Shown piece after piece: positions 42,001-56,100 of a DNA stretch of 64,000 nt. The notes below the pieces were generated by a model. That model did no database searches. It had not been told where the DNA came from and saw only the letters and a list, made by a program, of their open reading frames with translations. The stretch's first letter is position 1, and every line of letters starts with the position of its first letter. Source of the stretch: Auanema rhodensis (lineage: Eukaryota; Animalia; Nematoda); the NCBI GenBank assembly GCA_964057225.1, contig CAXKVF010000075.1, positions 682,001 to 746,000 on the forward strand. Reading direction: 5' to 3'. The translations under genes were made by a program, and so were the position numbers.

Positions 42001-45000
42001 TAATTTATGCTAATTAAATGTACACGTGATGTGCACTTGGTATGTAACTCGCTTCACGTGAAAGATAAAGAGATGCGGTTTTCAAAATTAGATTCCCCAT
42101 GTCCATATTAGTCTAAAAACAAATTTTTATTGATATTGGTTCATGGTAACCATGACTTTGAAATTTACGTGAACTTTAATTTATGCTAATTAAATGTACA
42201 CGTGATGTGCACTTGGTATGTAACTCGCTTCACGTGAAAGATAAAGAGATGCGGTTTTCAAAATTAGATTCCCCATGTCCATATTAGTCTAAAAACAAAT
42301 TTTTATTGATATTGGTGCATGGTAACCATGACTTTGAATTTTACGTGAACTTTAATTTATGCTAATTAAATGTACACGTGATGTGCACTTGGTATGTAAC
42401 TCGCTTCACGTGAAAGATAAAGAGATGCGGTTTTCAAAATTAGATCCCCCATGTCCATATTAGTCTAAAAACAAATTTTGATTGATATTGGTTCATGGTA
42501 ACCATGACTTTGAAATTTACGTGAACTTTAATTTATGCTAATTAAATGTACACGTGATGTGCACTTGGTATGTAACTCGCTTCACGTGAAAGATAAAGAG
42601 ATGCGGTTTTCAAAATTAGATCCCCCATGTCCATATTAGTCTAAAAACAAATTTTTATTGATATTGCTTCATGGTAACCATGACTTTGAAATTTACGTGA
42701 ACTTTAATTTATGCTAATTAAATGTACACGTGATGTGCACTTGGTATGTAACTCGCTTCACGTGAAAGATAAAGAGATGCGGTTTTCAAAATTAGATTCC
42801 CCATGTCCATATTAGTCTAAAAACAAATTTTTATTGATATTGGTTCATGGTAACCATGACTTTGAAATTTACGTGAACTTTAATTTATGCTAATTAAATG
42901 TACACGTGATGTGCACTTGGTATGTAACTCGCTTCACGTGAAAGATAAAGAGATGCGGTTTTCAAAAATAGATTCCCCATGTCCATATCAGTCTAAAAAC
43001 AAATTTTTATTGATATTGGTTCATGGTAACCATGACTTTGAAATTTACGTGAACTTTAATTTATGCTAATTAAATGTACACGTGATGTGCACTTGGTATG
43101 TAACTCGCTTCACGTGAAAGATAAAGAGATGCGGTTTTCAAAATTAGATTCCCCATGTCCATATTAATCTAAAAACAAATTTTTATTGATATTGGTTCAT
43201 GGTAACCATGACTTTGAAATTTACGTGAACTTTAATTTATGCTAATTAAATGTACACGTGATGTGCACTTGGTATGTAACTCGCTTCACGTGAAAGATAA
43301 AGAGATGCGGTTTTCAAAATTAGATTCCCCATGTCCATATTAGTCTAAAAACAAATTTTTATTGATATTGGTGCATGGTAACCATGACTTTGAATTTTAC
43401 GTGAACTTTAATTTATGCTAATTAAATGTACACGTGATGTGCACTTGGTATGTAACTCGCTTCACGTGAAAGATAAAGAGATGCGGTTTTCAAAATTAGA
43501 TTCCCCATGTCCATATTAGTCTAAAAACAAATTTTTATTGATATTGCTTCATGGTAACCATGACTTTGAATTTTACGTGAACTTTAATTTATGCTAATTA
43601 AATGTACACGTGATGTGCACTTGGTATGTAACTCGCTTCACGTGAAAGATAAAGAGATGCGGTTTTCAAAATTAGATCCCCCATGTCCATATTAGTCTAA
43701 AAACAAATTTTGATTGATATTGGTTCATGGTAACCATGACTTTGAAATTTACGTGAACTTTAATTTATGCTAATTAAATGTACACGTGATGTGCACTTGG
43801 TATGTAACTCGCTTCACGTGAAAGATAAAGAGATGCGGTTTTCAAAATTAGATTTCCCATGTCCATATTAGTCTAAAAACAAATTTTTATTGATATTGCT
43901 TCATGGTAACCATGACTTTGAAATTTACGTGAACTTTAATTTATGCTAATTGAATGAACACGTGATGTGCACTTGGTATGTAACTCGCTTCACGTGAAAG
44001 ATAAAGAGATGCGGTTTTCAAAATTAGATTCCCCATGTCCATATTAGTCTAAAAACAAATTTTTATTGATATTGGTGCATGGTAACCATGACTTTGAAAT
44101 TTACGTGAACTTTAATTTATGCTAATTAAATGTACACGTGATGTGCACTTGGTATGTAACTCGCTTCACGTGAAAGATAAAGAGATGCGGTTTTCAAAAT
44201 TAGATTCCCCATGTCCATATTAGTCTAAAAACAAATTTTTATTGATATTGGTGCATGGTAACCATGACTTTGAATTTTACGTGAACTTTAATTTATGCTA
44301 ATTAAATGTACACGTGATGTGCACTTGGTATGTAACTCGCTTCACGTGAAAGATAAAGAGATGCGGTTTTCAAAATTAGATCCCCCATGTCCATATTAGT
44401 CTAAAAACAAATTTTGATTGATATTGGTTCATGGTAACCATGACTTTGAAATTTACGTGAACTTTAATTTATGCTAATTAAATGTACACGTGATGTGCAC
44501 TTGGTATGTAACTCGCTTCACGTGAAAGATAAAGAGATGCGGTTTTCAAAATTAGATCCCCCATGTCCATATTAGTCTAAAAACAAATTTTTATTGATAT
44601 TGCTTCATGGTAACCATGACTTTGAAATTTACGTGAACTTTAATTTATGCTAATTAAATGTACACGTGATGTGCACTTGGTATGTAACTCGCTTCACGTG
44701 AAAGATAAAGAGATGCGGTTTTCAAAATTAGATTCCCCATGTCCATATTAGTCTAAAAACAAATTTTTATTGATATTGGTTCATGGTAACCATGACTTTG
44801 AAATTTACGTGAACTTTAATTTATGCTAATTAAATGTACACGTGATGTGCACTTGGTATGTAACTCGCTTCACGTGAAAGATAAAGAGATGCGGTTTTCA
44901 AAAATAGATTCCCCATGTCCATATCAGTCTAAAAACAAATTTTTATTGATATTGGTTCATGGTAACCATGACTTTGAAATTTACGTGAACTTTAATTTAT

Positions 45001-46299
45001 GCTAATTAAATGTACACGTGATGTGCACTTGGTATGTAACTCGCTTCACGTGAAAGATAAAGAGATGCGGTTTTCAAAATTAGATTCCCCATGTCCATAT
45101 TAATCTAAAAACAAATTTTTATTGATATTGGTTCATGGTAACCATGACTTTGAAATTTACGTGAACTTTAATTTATGCTAATTAAATGTACACGTGATGT
45201 GCACTTGGTATGTAACTCGCTTCACGTGAAAGATAAAGAGATGCGGTTTTCAAAATTAGATTCCCCATGTCCATATTAGTCTAAAAACAAATTTTTATTG
45301 ATATTGGTGCATGGTAACCATGACTTTGAATTTTACGTGAACTTTAATTTATGCTAATTAAATGTACACGTGATGTGCACTTGGTATGTAACTCGCTTCA
45401 CGTGAAAGATAAAGAGATGCGGTTTTCAAAATTAGATTCCCCATGTCCATATTAGTCTAAAAACAAATTTTTATTGATATTGCTTCATGGTAACCATGAC
45501 TTTGAATTTTACGTGAACTTTAATTTATGCTAATTAAATGTACACGTGATGTGCACTTGGTATGTAACTCGCTTCACGTGAAAGATAAAGAGATGCGGTT
45601 TTCAAAATTAGATCCCCCATGTCCATATTAGTCTAAAAACAAATTTTGATTGATATTGGTTCATGGTAACCATGACTTTGAAATTTACGTGAACTTTAAT
45701 TTATGCTAATTAAATGTACACGTGATGTGCACTTGGTATGTAACTCGCTTCACGTGAAAGATAAAGAGATGCGGTTTTCAAAATTAGATTTCCCATGTCC
45801 ATATTAGTCTAAAAACAAATTTTTATTGATATTGGTGCATGGTAACCATGACTTTGAATTTTACGTGAACTTTAATTTATGCTAATTAAATGTACACGTG
45901 ATGTGCACTTGGTATGTAACTCGCTTCACGTGAAAGATAAAGAGATGCGGTTTTCAAAATTAGATTCCCCATGTCCATATTAGTCTAAAAACAAATTTTT
46001 ATTGATATTGGTGCATGGTAACCATGACTTTGAAATTTACGTGAACTTTAATTTATGCTAATTAAATGTACACGTGATGTGCACTTGGTATGTAACTCGC
46101 TTCACGTGAAAGATAAAGAGATGCGGTTTTCAAAATTAGATTCCCCATGTCCATATTAGTCTAAAAACAAATTTTTATTGATATTGCTTCATGGTAACCA
46201 TGACTTTGAAATTTACGTGAACTTTAATTTATGCTAATTGAATGTACACGTGATGTGCACTTGGTATGTAACTCGCTTCACGTGAAAGATAAAGAGATG
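39084..46299 (+). repeat. 9-monomer core present three times (39436-41019, 42252-43835, 44188-45771) at 16- and 11-monomer spacing
   Basis: The ordered variant series is identical in all three. The private marker G36A (tattaAtct) occurs at 40351, 43167 and 45103. ORF starts are 40071, 42887 and 44823 (+2816, +1936). Confidence 0.9.
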
Positions 46300-49200
46300 C
46301 GGTTTTCAAAATTAGATTTCCCATGTTCATATTAGTCTAAAAACAAATTTTTATTGATATTGGTGCATGGTAACCATGACTTTGAAATTTACGTGAACTT
46401 TAATTTATGCTAATTAAATGTACACGTGATGTGCACTTGGTATGTAACTCGCTTCACGTGAAAGATAAAGAGATGCGGTTTTCAAAATTAGATTTCCCAT
46501 GTTCATATTAGTCTAAAAACAAATTTTTATTGATATTGGTGCATGGTAACCATGACTTTGAATTTTACGTGAACTTTAATTTATGCTAATTAAATGTACA
46601 CGTGATGTGCACTTGGTATGTAACTCGCTTCACGTGAAAGATAAAGAGATGCGGTTTTTAAAATTAGATTCCCCATGTCCATATTAGTCTAAAAACAAAT
46701 TTTTATTGATATTGGTGCATGGTAACCATGACTTTGAAATTTACGTGAACTTTAATTTATGCTAATTAAATGTACACGTGATGTGCACTTGGTATGTAAC
46801 TCGCTTCACGTGAAAGATAAAGAGATGCGGTTTTCAAAATTAGATTCCCCATGTCCATATTAGTCTAAAAACAAATTTTTATTGATATTGCTTCATGGTA
46901 ACCATGACTTTGAAATTTACGTGAACTTTAATTTATGCTAATTGAATGTACACGTGATGTGCACTTGGTATGTAACTCGCTTCACGTGAAAGATAAAGAG
47001 ATGCGGTTTTCAAAATTAGATTCCCCATGTCCATATTAGTCTAAAAACAAATTTTTATTGATATTGGTTCATGGTAACCATGACTTTGAAATATACGTGA
47101 ACTTTAATTTATGCTAATTAAATGTACACGTGATGTGCACTTGGTATGTAACTCGCTTCACGTGAAAAATAAAGAGATGCGGTTTTCAAAATTAGATTCC
47201 CCATGTCCATATTAGTCTAAAAACAAATTTTTATTGATATTGCTTCATGGTAACCATGACTTTGAAATTTACGTGAACTTTAATTTATGCTAATTAAATG
47301 TACACGTGATGTGCACTTGGTATGTAACTCGCTTCACGTGAAAGATAAAGAGATGCGGTTTTCAAAATTAGATTCCCCATGTCCATATTAGTCTAAAAAC
47401 AAATTTTTATTGATATTGCTTCATGGTAACCATGACTTTGAAATTTACGTGAACTTTAATTTATGCTAATTAAATGTACACGTGATGTGCACTTGGTATG
47501 TAACTCGCTTCACGTGAAAGATAAAGAGATGCGGTTTTCAAAATTAGATTCCCCATGTCCATATTAGTCTAAAAACAAATTTTTATTGATATTGGTGCAT
47601 GGTAACCATGACTTTGAAATTTACGTGAACTTTAATTTATGCTAATTAAATGTACACGTGATGTGCACTTGGTATGTAACTCGCTTCACGTGAAAGATAA
47701 AGAGATGCGGTTTTCAAAATTAGATTTCCCATGTTCATATTAGTCTAAAAACAAATTTTTATTGATATTGGTGCATGGTAACCATGACTTTGAATTTTAC
47801 GTGAACTTTAATTTATGCTAATTAAATGTACACGTGATGTGCACTTGGTATGTAACTCGCTTCACGTGAAAGATAAAGAGATGCGGTTTTTAAAATTAGA
47901 TTCCCCATGTCCATATTAGTCTAAAAACAAATTTTTATTGATATTGGTTCATGGTAACCATGACTTTGAAATTTACGTGAACTTTAATTTATGCTAATTA
48001 AATGTACACGTGATGTGCACTTGGTATGTAACTCGCTTCACGTGAAAGATAAAGAGATGCGGTTTTCAAAATTAGATTCCCCATGTCCATATTAGTCTAA
48101 AAACAAATTTTTATTGATATTGCTTCATGGTAACCATGACTTTGAAATTTACGTGAACTTTAATTTATGCTAATTAAATGTACACGTGATGTGCACTTGG
48201 TATGTAACTCGCTTCACGTGAAAGATAAAGAGATGCGGTTTTCAAAATTAGATTCCCCATGTCCATATTAGTCTAAAAACAAATTTTTATTGATATTGGT
48301 GCATGGTAACCATGACTTTGAAATTTACGTGAACTTTAATTTATGCTAATTAAATGTACACGTGATGTGCACTTGGTATGTAACTCGCTTCACGTGAAAG
48401 ATAAAGAGATGCGGTTTTCAAAATTAGATTCCCCATGTCCATATTAGTCTAAAAACAAATTTTTATTGATATTGCTTCATGGTAACCATGACTTTGAAAT
48501 TTACGTGAACTTTAATTTATGCTAATTAAATGTACACGTGATGTGCACTTGGTATGTAACTCGCTTCACGTGAAAGATAAAGAGATGCGGTTTTCAAAAT
48601 TAGATTCCCCATGTCCATATTAGTCTAAAAACAAATTTTTATTGATATTGGTGCATGGTAACCATGACTTTGAAATTTACGTGAACTTTAATTTATGCTA
48701 ATTAAATGTACACGTGATGTGCACTTGGTATGTAACTCGCTTCACGTGAAAGATAAAGAGATGCGGTTTTCAAAATTAGATTCCCCATGTCCATATTAGT
48801 CTAAAAACAAATTTTTATTGATATTGGTTCATGGTAACCATGACTTTGAAATTTACGTGAACTTTAATTTATGCTAATTAAATGTACACGTGATGTGCAC
48901 TTGGTATGTAACTCGCTTCACGTGAAAGATAAAGAGATGCGGTTTTCAAAATTAGATTCCCCATGTCCATATTAGTCTAAAAACAAATTTTTATTGATAT
49001 TGGTGCATGGTAACCATGACTTTGAAATTTACGTGAACTTTAATTTATGCTAATTAAATGTACACGTGATGTGCACTTGGTATGTAACTCGCTTCACGTG
49101 AAAGATAAAGAGATGCGGTTTTCAAAATTAGATTCCCCATGTCCATATTAGTCTAAAAACAAATTTTTATTGATATTGCTTCATGGTAACCATGACTTTG

Positions 49201-50171
49201 AAATTTACGTGAACTTTAATTTATGCTAATTGAATGTACACGTGATGTGCACTTGGTATGTAACTCGCTTCACGTGAAAGATAAAGAGATGCGGTTTTCA
49301 AAATTAGATTCCCCATGTCCATATTAGTCTAAAAACAAATTTTTATTGATATTGGTTCATGGTAACCATGACTTTGAAATATACGTGAACTTTAATTTAT
49401 GCTAATTAAATGTACACGTGATGTGCACTTGGTATGTAACTCGCTTCACGTGAAAGATAAAGAGATGCGGTTTTCAAAATTAGATTCCCCATGTCCATAT
49501 TAGTCTAAAAACAAATTTTTATTGATATTGGTGCATGGTAACCATGACTTTGAAATATACGTGAACTTTAATTTATGCTAATTAAATGTACACGTGATGT
49601 GCACTTGGTATGTAACTCGCTTCACGTGAAAGATAAAGAGATGCGGTTTTCAAAATTAGATTCCCCATGTCCATATTAGTCTAAAAACAAATTTTTATTG
49701 ATATTGGTGCATGGTAACCATGACTTTGAATTTTACGTGAACTTTAATTTATGCTAATTAAATGTACACGTGATGTGCACTTGGTATGTAACTCGCTTCA
49801 CGTGAAAGATAAAGAGATGCGGTTTTCAAAATTAGATCCCCCATGTCCATATTAGTCTAAAAACAAATTTTGATTGATATTGGTGCATGGTAACCATGAC
49901 TTTGAAATTTACGTGAACTTTAATTTATGCTAATTAAATGTACACGTGATGTGCACTTGGTATGTAACTCGCTTCACGTGAAAGATAAAGAGATGCGGTT
50001 TTCAAAATTAGATTCCCCATGTCCATATTAGTCTAAAAACAAATTTTTATTGATATTGGTGCATGGTAACCATGACTTTGAAATTTACGTGAACTTTAAT
50101 TTATGCTAATTAAATGTACACGTGATGTGCACTTGGTATGTAACTCGCTTCACGTGAAAGATAAAGAGATG

Positions 50172-53100
50172 CGGTTTTCAAAATTAGATTCCCCATGTCC
50201 ATATTAGTCTAAAAACAAATTTTTATTGATATTGGTGCATGGTAACCATGACTTTGAATTTTACGTGAACTTTAATTTATGCTAATTAAATGTACACGTG
50301 ATGTGCACTTGGTATGTAACTCGCTTCACGTGAAAGATAAAGAGATGCGGTTTTCAAAATTAGATCCCCCATGTCCATATTAGTCTAAAAACAAATTTTG
50401 ATTGATATTGGTGCATGGTAACCATGACTTTGAAATTTACGTGAACTTTAATTTATGCTAATTAAATGTACACGTGATGTGCACTTGGTATGTAACTCGC
50501 TTCACGTGAAAGATAAAGAGATGCGGTTTTCAAAATTAGATTCCCCATGTCCATATTAGTCTAAAAACAAATTTTTATTGATATTGGTGCATGGTAACCA
50601 TGACTTTGAAATTTACGTGAACTTTAATTTATGCTAATTAAATGTACACGTGATGTGCACTTGGTATGTAACTCGCTTCACGTGAAAGATAAAGAGATGC
50701 GGTTTTCAAAATTAGATTCCCCATGTCCATATTAGTCTAAAAACAAATTTTTATTGATATTGGTGCATGGTAACCATGACTTTGAATTTTACGTGAACTT
50801 TAATTTATGCTAATTAAATGTACACGTGATGTGCACTTGGTATGTAACTCGCTTCACGTGAAAGATAAAGAGATGCGGTTTTCAAAATTAGATCCCCCAT
50901 GTCCATATTAGTCTAAAAACAAATTTTGATTGATATTGGTGCATGGTAACCATGACTTTGAAATTTACGTGAACTTTAATTTATGCTAATTAAATGTACA
51001 CGTGATGTGCACTTGGTATGTAACTCGCTTCACGTGAAAGATAAAGAGATGCGGTTTTCAAAATTAGATTCCCCATGTCCATATTAGTCTAAAAACAAAT
51101 TTTTATTGATATTGGTGCATGGTAACCATGACTTTGAATTTTACGTGAACTTTAATTTATGCTAATTAAATGTACACGTGATGTGCACTTGGTATGTAAC
51201 TCGCTTCACGTGAAAGATAAAGAGATGCGGTTTTCAAAATTAGATCCCCCATGTCCATATTAGTCTAAAAACAAATTTTTATTGATATTGGTGCATGGTA
51301 ACCATGACTTTGAAATATACGTGAACTTTAATTTATGCTAATTAAATGTACACGTGATGTGCACTTGGTATGTAACTCGCTTCACGTGAAAGATAAAGAG
51401 ATGCGGTTTTCAAAATTAGATTCCCCATGTCCATATTAGTCTAAAAACAAATTTTTATTGATATTGGTGCATGGTAACCATGACTTTGAATTTTACGTGA
51501 ACTTTAATTTATGCTAATTAAATGTACACGTGATGTGCACTTGGTATGTAACTCGCTTCACGTGAAAGATAAAGAGATGCGGTTTTCAAAATTAGATTCC
51601 CCATGTCCATATTAGTCTAAAAACAAATTTTTATTGATATTGGTTCATGGTAACCATGACTTTGAAATTTACGTGAACTTTAATTTATGCTAATTAAATG
51701 TACACGTGATGTGCACTTGGTATGTAACTCGCTTCACGTGAAAGATAAAGAGATGCGGTTTTCAAAATTAGATTCCCCATGTCCATATTAGTCTAAAAAC
51801 AAATTTTTATTGATATTGGTGCATGGTAACCATGACTTTGAAATTTACGTGAACTTTAATTTATGCTAATTAAATGTACACGTGATGTGCACTTGGTATG
51901 TAACTCGCTTCACGTGAAAGATAAAGAGATGCGGTTTTCAAAATTAGATTCCCCATGTCCATATTAGTCTAAAAACAAATTTTTATTGATATTGCTTCAT
52001 GGTAACCATGACTTTGAAATTTACGTGAACTTTAATTTATGCTAATTAAATGTACACGTGATGTGCACTTGGTATGTAACTCGCTTCACGTGAAAGATAA
52101 AGAGATGCGGTTTTCAAAATTAGATTCCCCATGTCCATATTAGTCTAAAAACAAATTTTTATTGATATTGGTGCATGGTAACCATGACTTTGAAATTTAC
52201 GTGAACTTTAATTTATGCTAATTAAATGTACACGTGATGTGCACTTGGTATGTAACTCGCTTCACGTGAAAGATAAAGAGATGCGGTTTTCAAAATTAGA
52301 TTCCCCATGTCCATATTAGTCTAAAAACAAATTTTTATTGATATTGCTTCATGGTAACCATGACTTTGAAATTTACGTGAACTTTAATTTATGCTAATTA
52401 AATGTACACGTGATGTGCACTTGGTATGTAACTCGCTTCACGTGAAAGATAAAGAGATGCGGTTTTCAAAATTAGATTCCCCATGTCCATATTAGTCTAA
52501 AAACAAATTTTTATTGATATTGGTGCATGGTAACCATGACTTTGAAATATACGTGAACTTTAATTTATGCTAATTAAATGTACACGTGATGTGCACTTGG
52601 TATGTAACTCGCTTCACGTGAAAGATAAAGAGATGCGGTTTTCAAAATTAGATTCCCCATGTCCATATTAGTCTAAAAACAAATTTTTATTGATATTGGT
52701 GCATGGTAACCATGACTTTGAATTTTACGTGAACTTTAATTTATGCTAATTAAATGTACACGTGATGTGCACTTGGTATGTAACTTGCTTCACGTGAAAG
52801 ATAAAGAGATGCGGTTTTCAAAATTAGATTCCCCATGTCCATATTAGTCTAAAAACAAATTTTTATTGATATTGGTTCATGGTAACCATGACTTTGAAAT
52901 TTACGTGAACTTTAATTTATGCTAATTAAATGTACACGTGATGTGCACTTGGTATGTAACTCGCTTCACGTGAAAGATAAAGAGATGCGGTTTTCAAAAT
53001 TAGATTTCCCATGTCCATATTAGTCTAAAAACAAATTTTTATTGATATTGGTGCATGGTAACCATGACTTTGAATTTTACGTGAACTTTAATTTATGCTA

Positions 53101-56100
53101 ATTAAATGTACACGTGATGTGCACTTGGTATGTAACTCGCTTCACGTGAAAGATAAAGAGATGCGGTTTTTAAAATTAGATTCCCCATGTCCATATTAGT
53201 CAAAAAACAAATTTTTATTGATATTGGTTCATGGTAACCATGACTTTGAAATTTACGTGAACTTTAATTTATGCTAATTAAATGTACACGTGATGTGCAC
53301 TTGGTATGTAACTCGCTTCACGTGAAAGATAAAGAGATGCGGTTTTCAAAATTAGATTCCCCAAGTCCATATTAGTCTAAAAACAAATTTTTATTGATAT
53401 TGCTTCATGGTAACCATGACTTTGAAATTTACGTGAACTTTAATTTATGCTAATTAAATGTACACGTGATGTGCACTTGGTATGTAACTCGCTTCACGTG
53501 AAAGATAAAGAGATGCGGTTTTCAAAATTAGATTCCCCATGTCCATATTAGTCTAAAAACAAATTTTTATTGATATTGGTGCATGGTAACCATGACTTTG
53601 AAATTTACGTGAACTTTAATTTATGCTAATTAAATGTACACGTGATGTGCCCTTGGTATGTAACTCGCTTCAAGTGAAAGATAAAGAGATGCGGTTTTCA
53701 AAATTAGATTCCCCATGTCCATATTAGTCTAAAAACAAATTTTTATTGATATTGGTGCATGGTAACCATGACTTTGAATTTTACGTGAACTTTAATTTAT
53801 GCTAATTAAATGTACACGTGATGTGCACTTGGTATGTAACTCGCTTCACGTGAAAGATAAAGAGATGCGGTTTTCAAAATTAGATTCCCCATGTCCATAT
53901 TAGTCTAAAAACAAATTTTTATTGATATTGGTTCATGGTAACCATGACTTTGAAATTTACGTGAACTTTAATTTATGCTAATTAAATGTACACGTGATGT
54001 GCACTTGGTATGTAACTCGCTTCACGTGAAAGATAAAGAGATGCGGTTTTCAAAATTAGATTCCCCATGTCCATATTAGTCTAAAAACAAATTTTTATTG
54101 ATATTGGTTCATGGTAACCATGACTTTGAAATTTACGTGAACTTTAATTTATGCTAATTAAATGTACACGTGATGTGCACTTGGTATGTAACTCGCTTCA
54201 CGTGAAAGATAAAGAGATGCGGTTTTCAAAATTAGATTCCCCATGTCCATATTAGTCTAAAAACAAATTTTTATTGATATTGGTTCATGGTAACCATGAC
54301 TTTGAAATTTACGTGAACTTTAATTTATGCTAATTAAATGTACACGTGATGTGCACTTGGTATGTAACTCGCTTCACGTGAAAGATAAAGAGATGCGGTT
54401 TTCAAAATTAGATTCCCCATGTCCATATTAGTCTAAAAACAAATTTTTATTGATATTGGTTCATGGTAACCATGACTTTGAAATTTACGTGAACTTTAAT
54501 TTATGCTAATTAAATGTACACGTGATGTGCACTTGGTATGTAACTCGCTTCACGTGAAAGATAAAGAGATGCGGTTTTCAAAATTAGATTCCCCATGTCC
54601 ATATTAGTCTAAAAACAAATTTTTATTGATATTGGTGCATGGTAACCATGACTTTGAATTTTACGTGAACTTTAATTTATGCTAATTAAATGTACACGTG
54701 ATGTGCACTTGGTATGTAACTCGCTTCACGTGAAAGATAAAGAGATGCGGTTTTCAAAATTAGATCCCCCATGTCCATATTAGTCTAAAAACAAATTTTG
54801 ATTGATATTGGTGCATGGTAACCATGACTTTGAAATTTACGTGAACTTTAATTTATGCTAATTAAATGTACACGTGATGTGCACTTGGTATGTAACTCGC
54901 TTCACGTGAAAGATAAAGAGATGCGGTTTTCAAAATTAGATTCCCCATGTCCATATTAGTCTAAAAACAAATTTTTATTGATATTGGTGCATGGTAACCA
55001 TGACTTTGAAATTTACGTGAACTTTAATTTATGCTAATTAAATGTACACGTGATGTGCACTTGGTATGTAACTCGCTTCACGTGAAAGATAAAGAGATGC
55101 GGTTTTCAAAATTAGATTCCCCATGTCCATATTAGTCTAAAAACAAATTTTTATTGATATTGGTGCATGGTAACCATGACTTTGAATTTTACGTGAACTT
55201 TAATTTATGCTAATTAAATGTACACGTGATGTGCACTTGGTATGTAACTCGCTTCACGTGAAAGATAAAGAGATGCGGTTTTCAAAATTAGATCCCCCAT
55301 GTCCATATTAGTCTAAAAACAAATTTTGATTGATATTGGTGCATGGTAACCATGACTTTGAAATTTACGTGAACTTTAATTTATGCTAATTAAATGTACA
55401 CGTGATGTGCACTTGGTATGTAACTCGCTTCACGTGAAAGATAAAGAGATGCGGTTTTCAAAATTAGATTCCCCATGTCCATATTAGTCTAAAAACAAAT
55501 TTTTATTGATATTGGTGCATGGTAACCATGACTTTGAATTTTACGTGAACTTTAATTTATGCTAATTAAATGTACACGTGATGTGCACTTGGTATGTAAC
55601 TCGCTTCACGTGAAAGATAAAGAGATGCGGTTTTCAAAATTAGATCCCCCATGTCCATATTAGTCTAAAAACAAATTTTTATTGATATTGGTGCATGGTA
55701 ACCATGACTTTGAAATATACGTGAACTTTAATTTATGCTAATTAAATGTACACGTGATGTGCACTTGGTATGTAACTCGCTTCACGTGAAAGATAAAGAG
55801 ATGCGGTTTTCAAAATTAGATTCCCCATGTCCATATTAGTCTAAAAACAAATTTTTATTGATATTGGTGCATGGTAACCATGACTTTGAATTTTACGTGA
55901 ACTTTAATTTATGCTAATTAAATGTACACGTGATGTGCACTTGGTATGTAACTCGCTTCACGTGAAAGATAAAGAGATGCGGTTTTCAAAATTAGATTCC
56001 CCATGTCCATATTAGTCTAAAAACAAATTTTTATTGATATTGGTTCATGGTAACCATGACTTTGAAATTTACGTGAACTTTAATTTATGCTAATTAAATG

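Noticed and set aside
25640-45005. Seven identical 60-aa ORFs (MLIKCTRDVHLVCNSLHVKDKEMRFSKIDSPCPYQ...)
   Set aside because: Every monomer has this ATG (position 108) running to TAG at 34-36 of the next unit. The T34C SNP (TAG->CAG) extends it just to the 60-aa cutoff. There is no recognisable domain or gene context, and the copies are identical because of block duplication.
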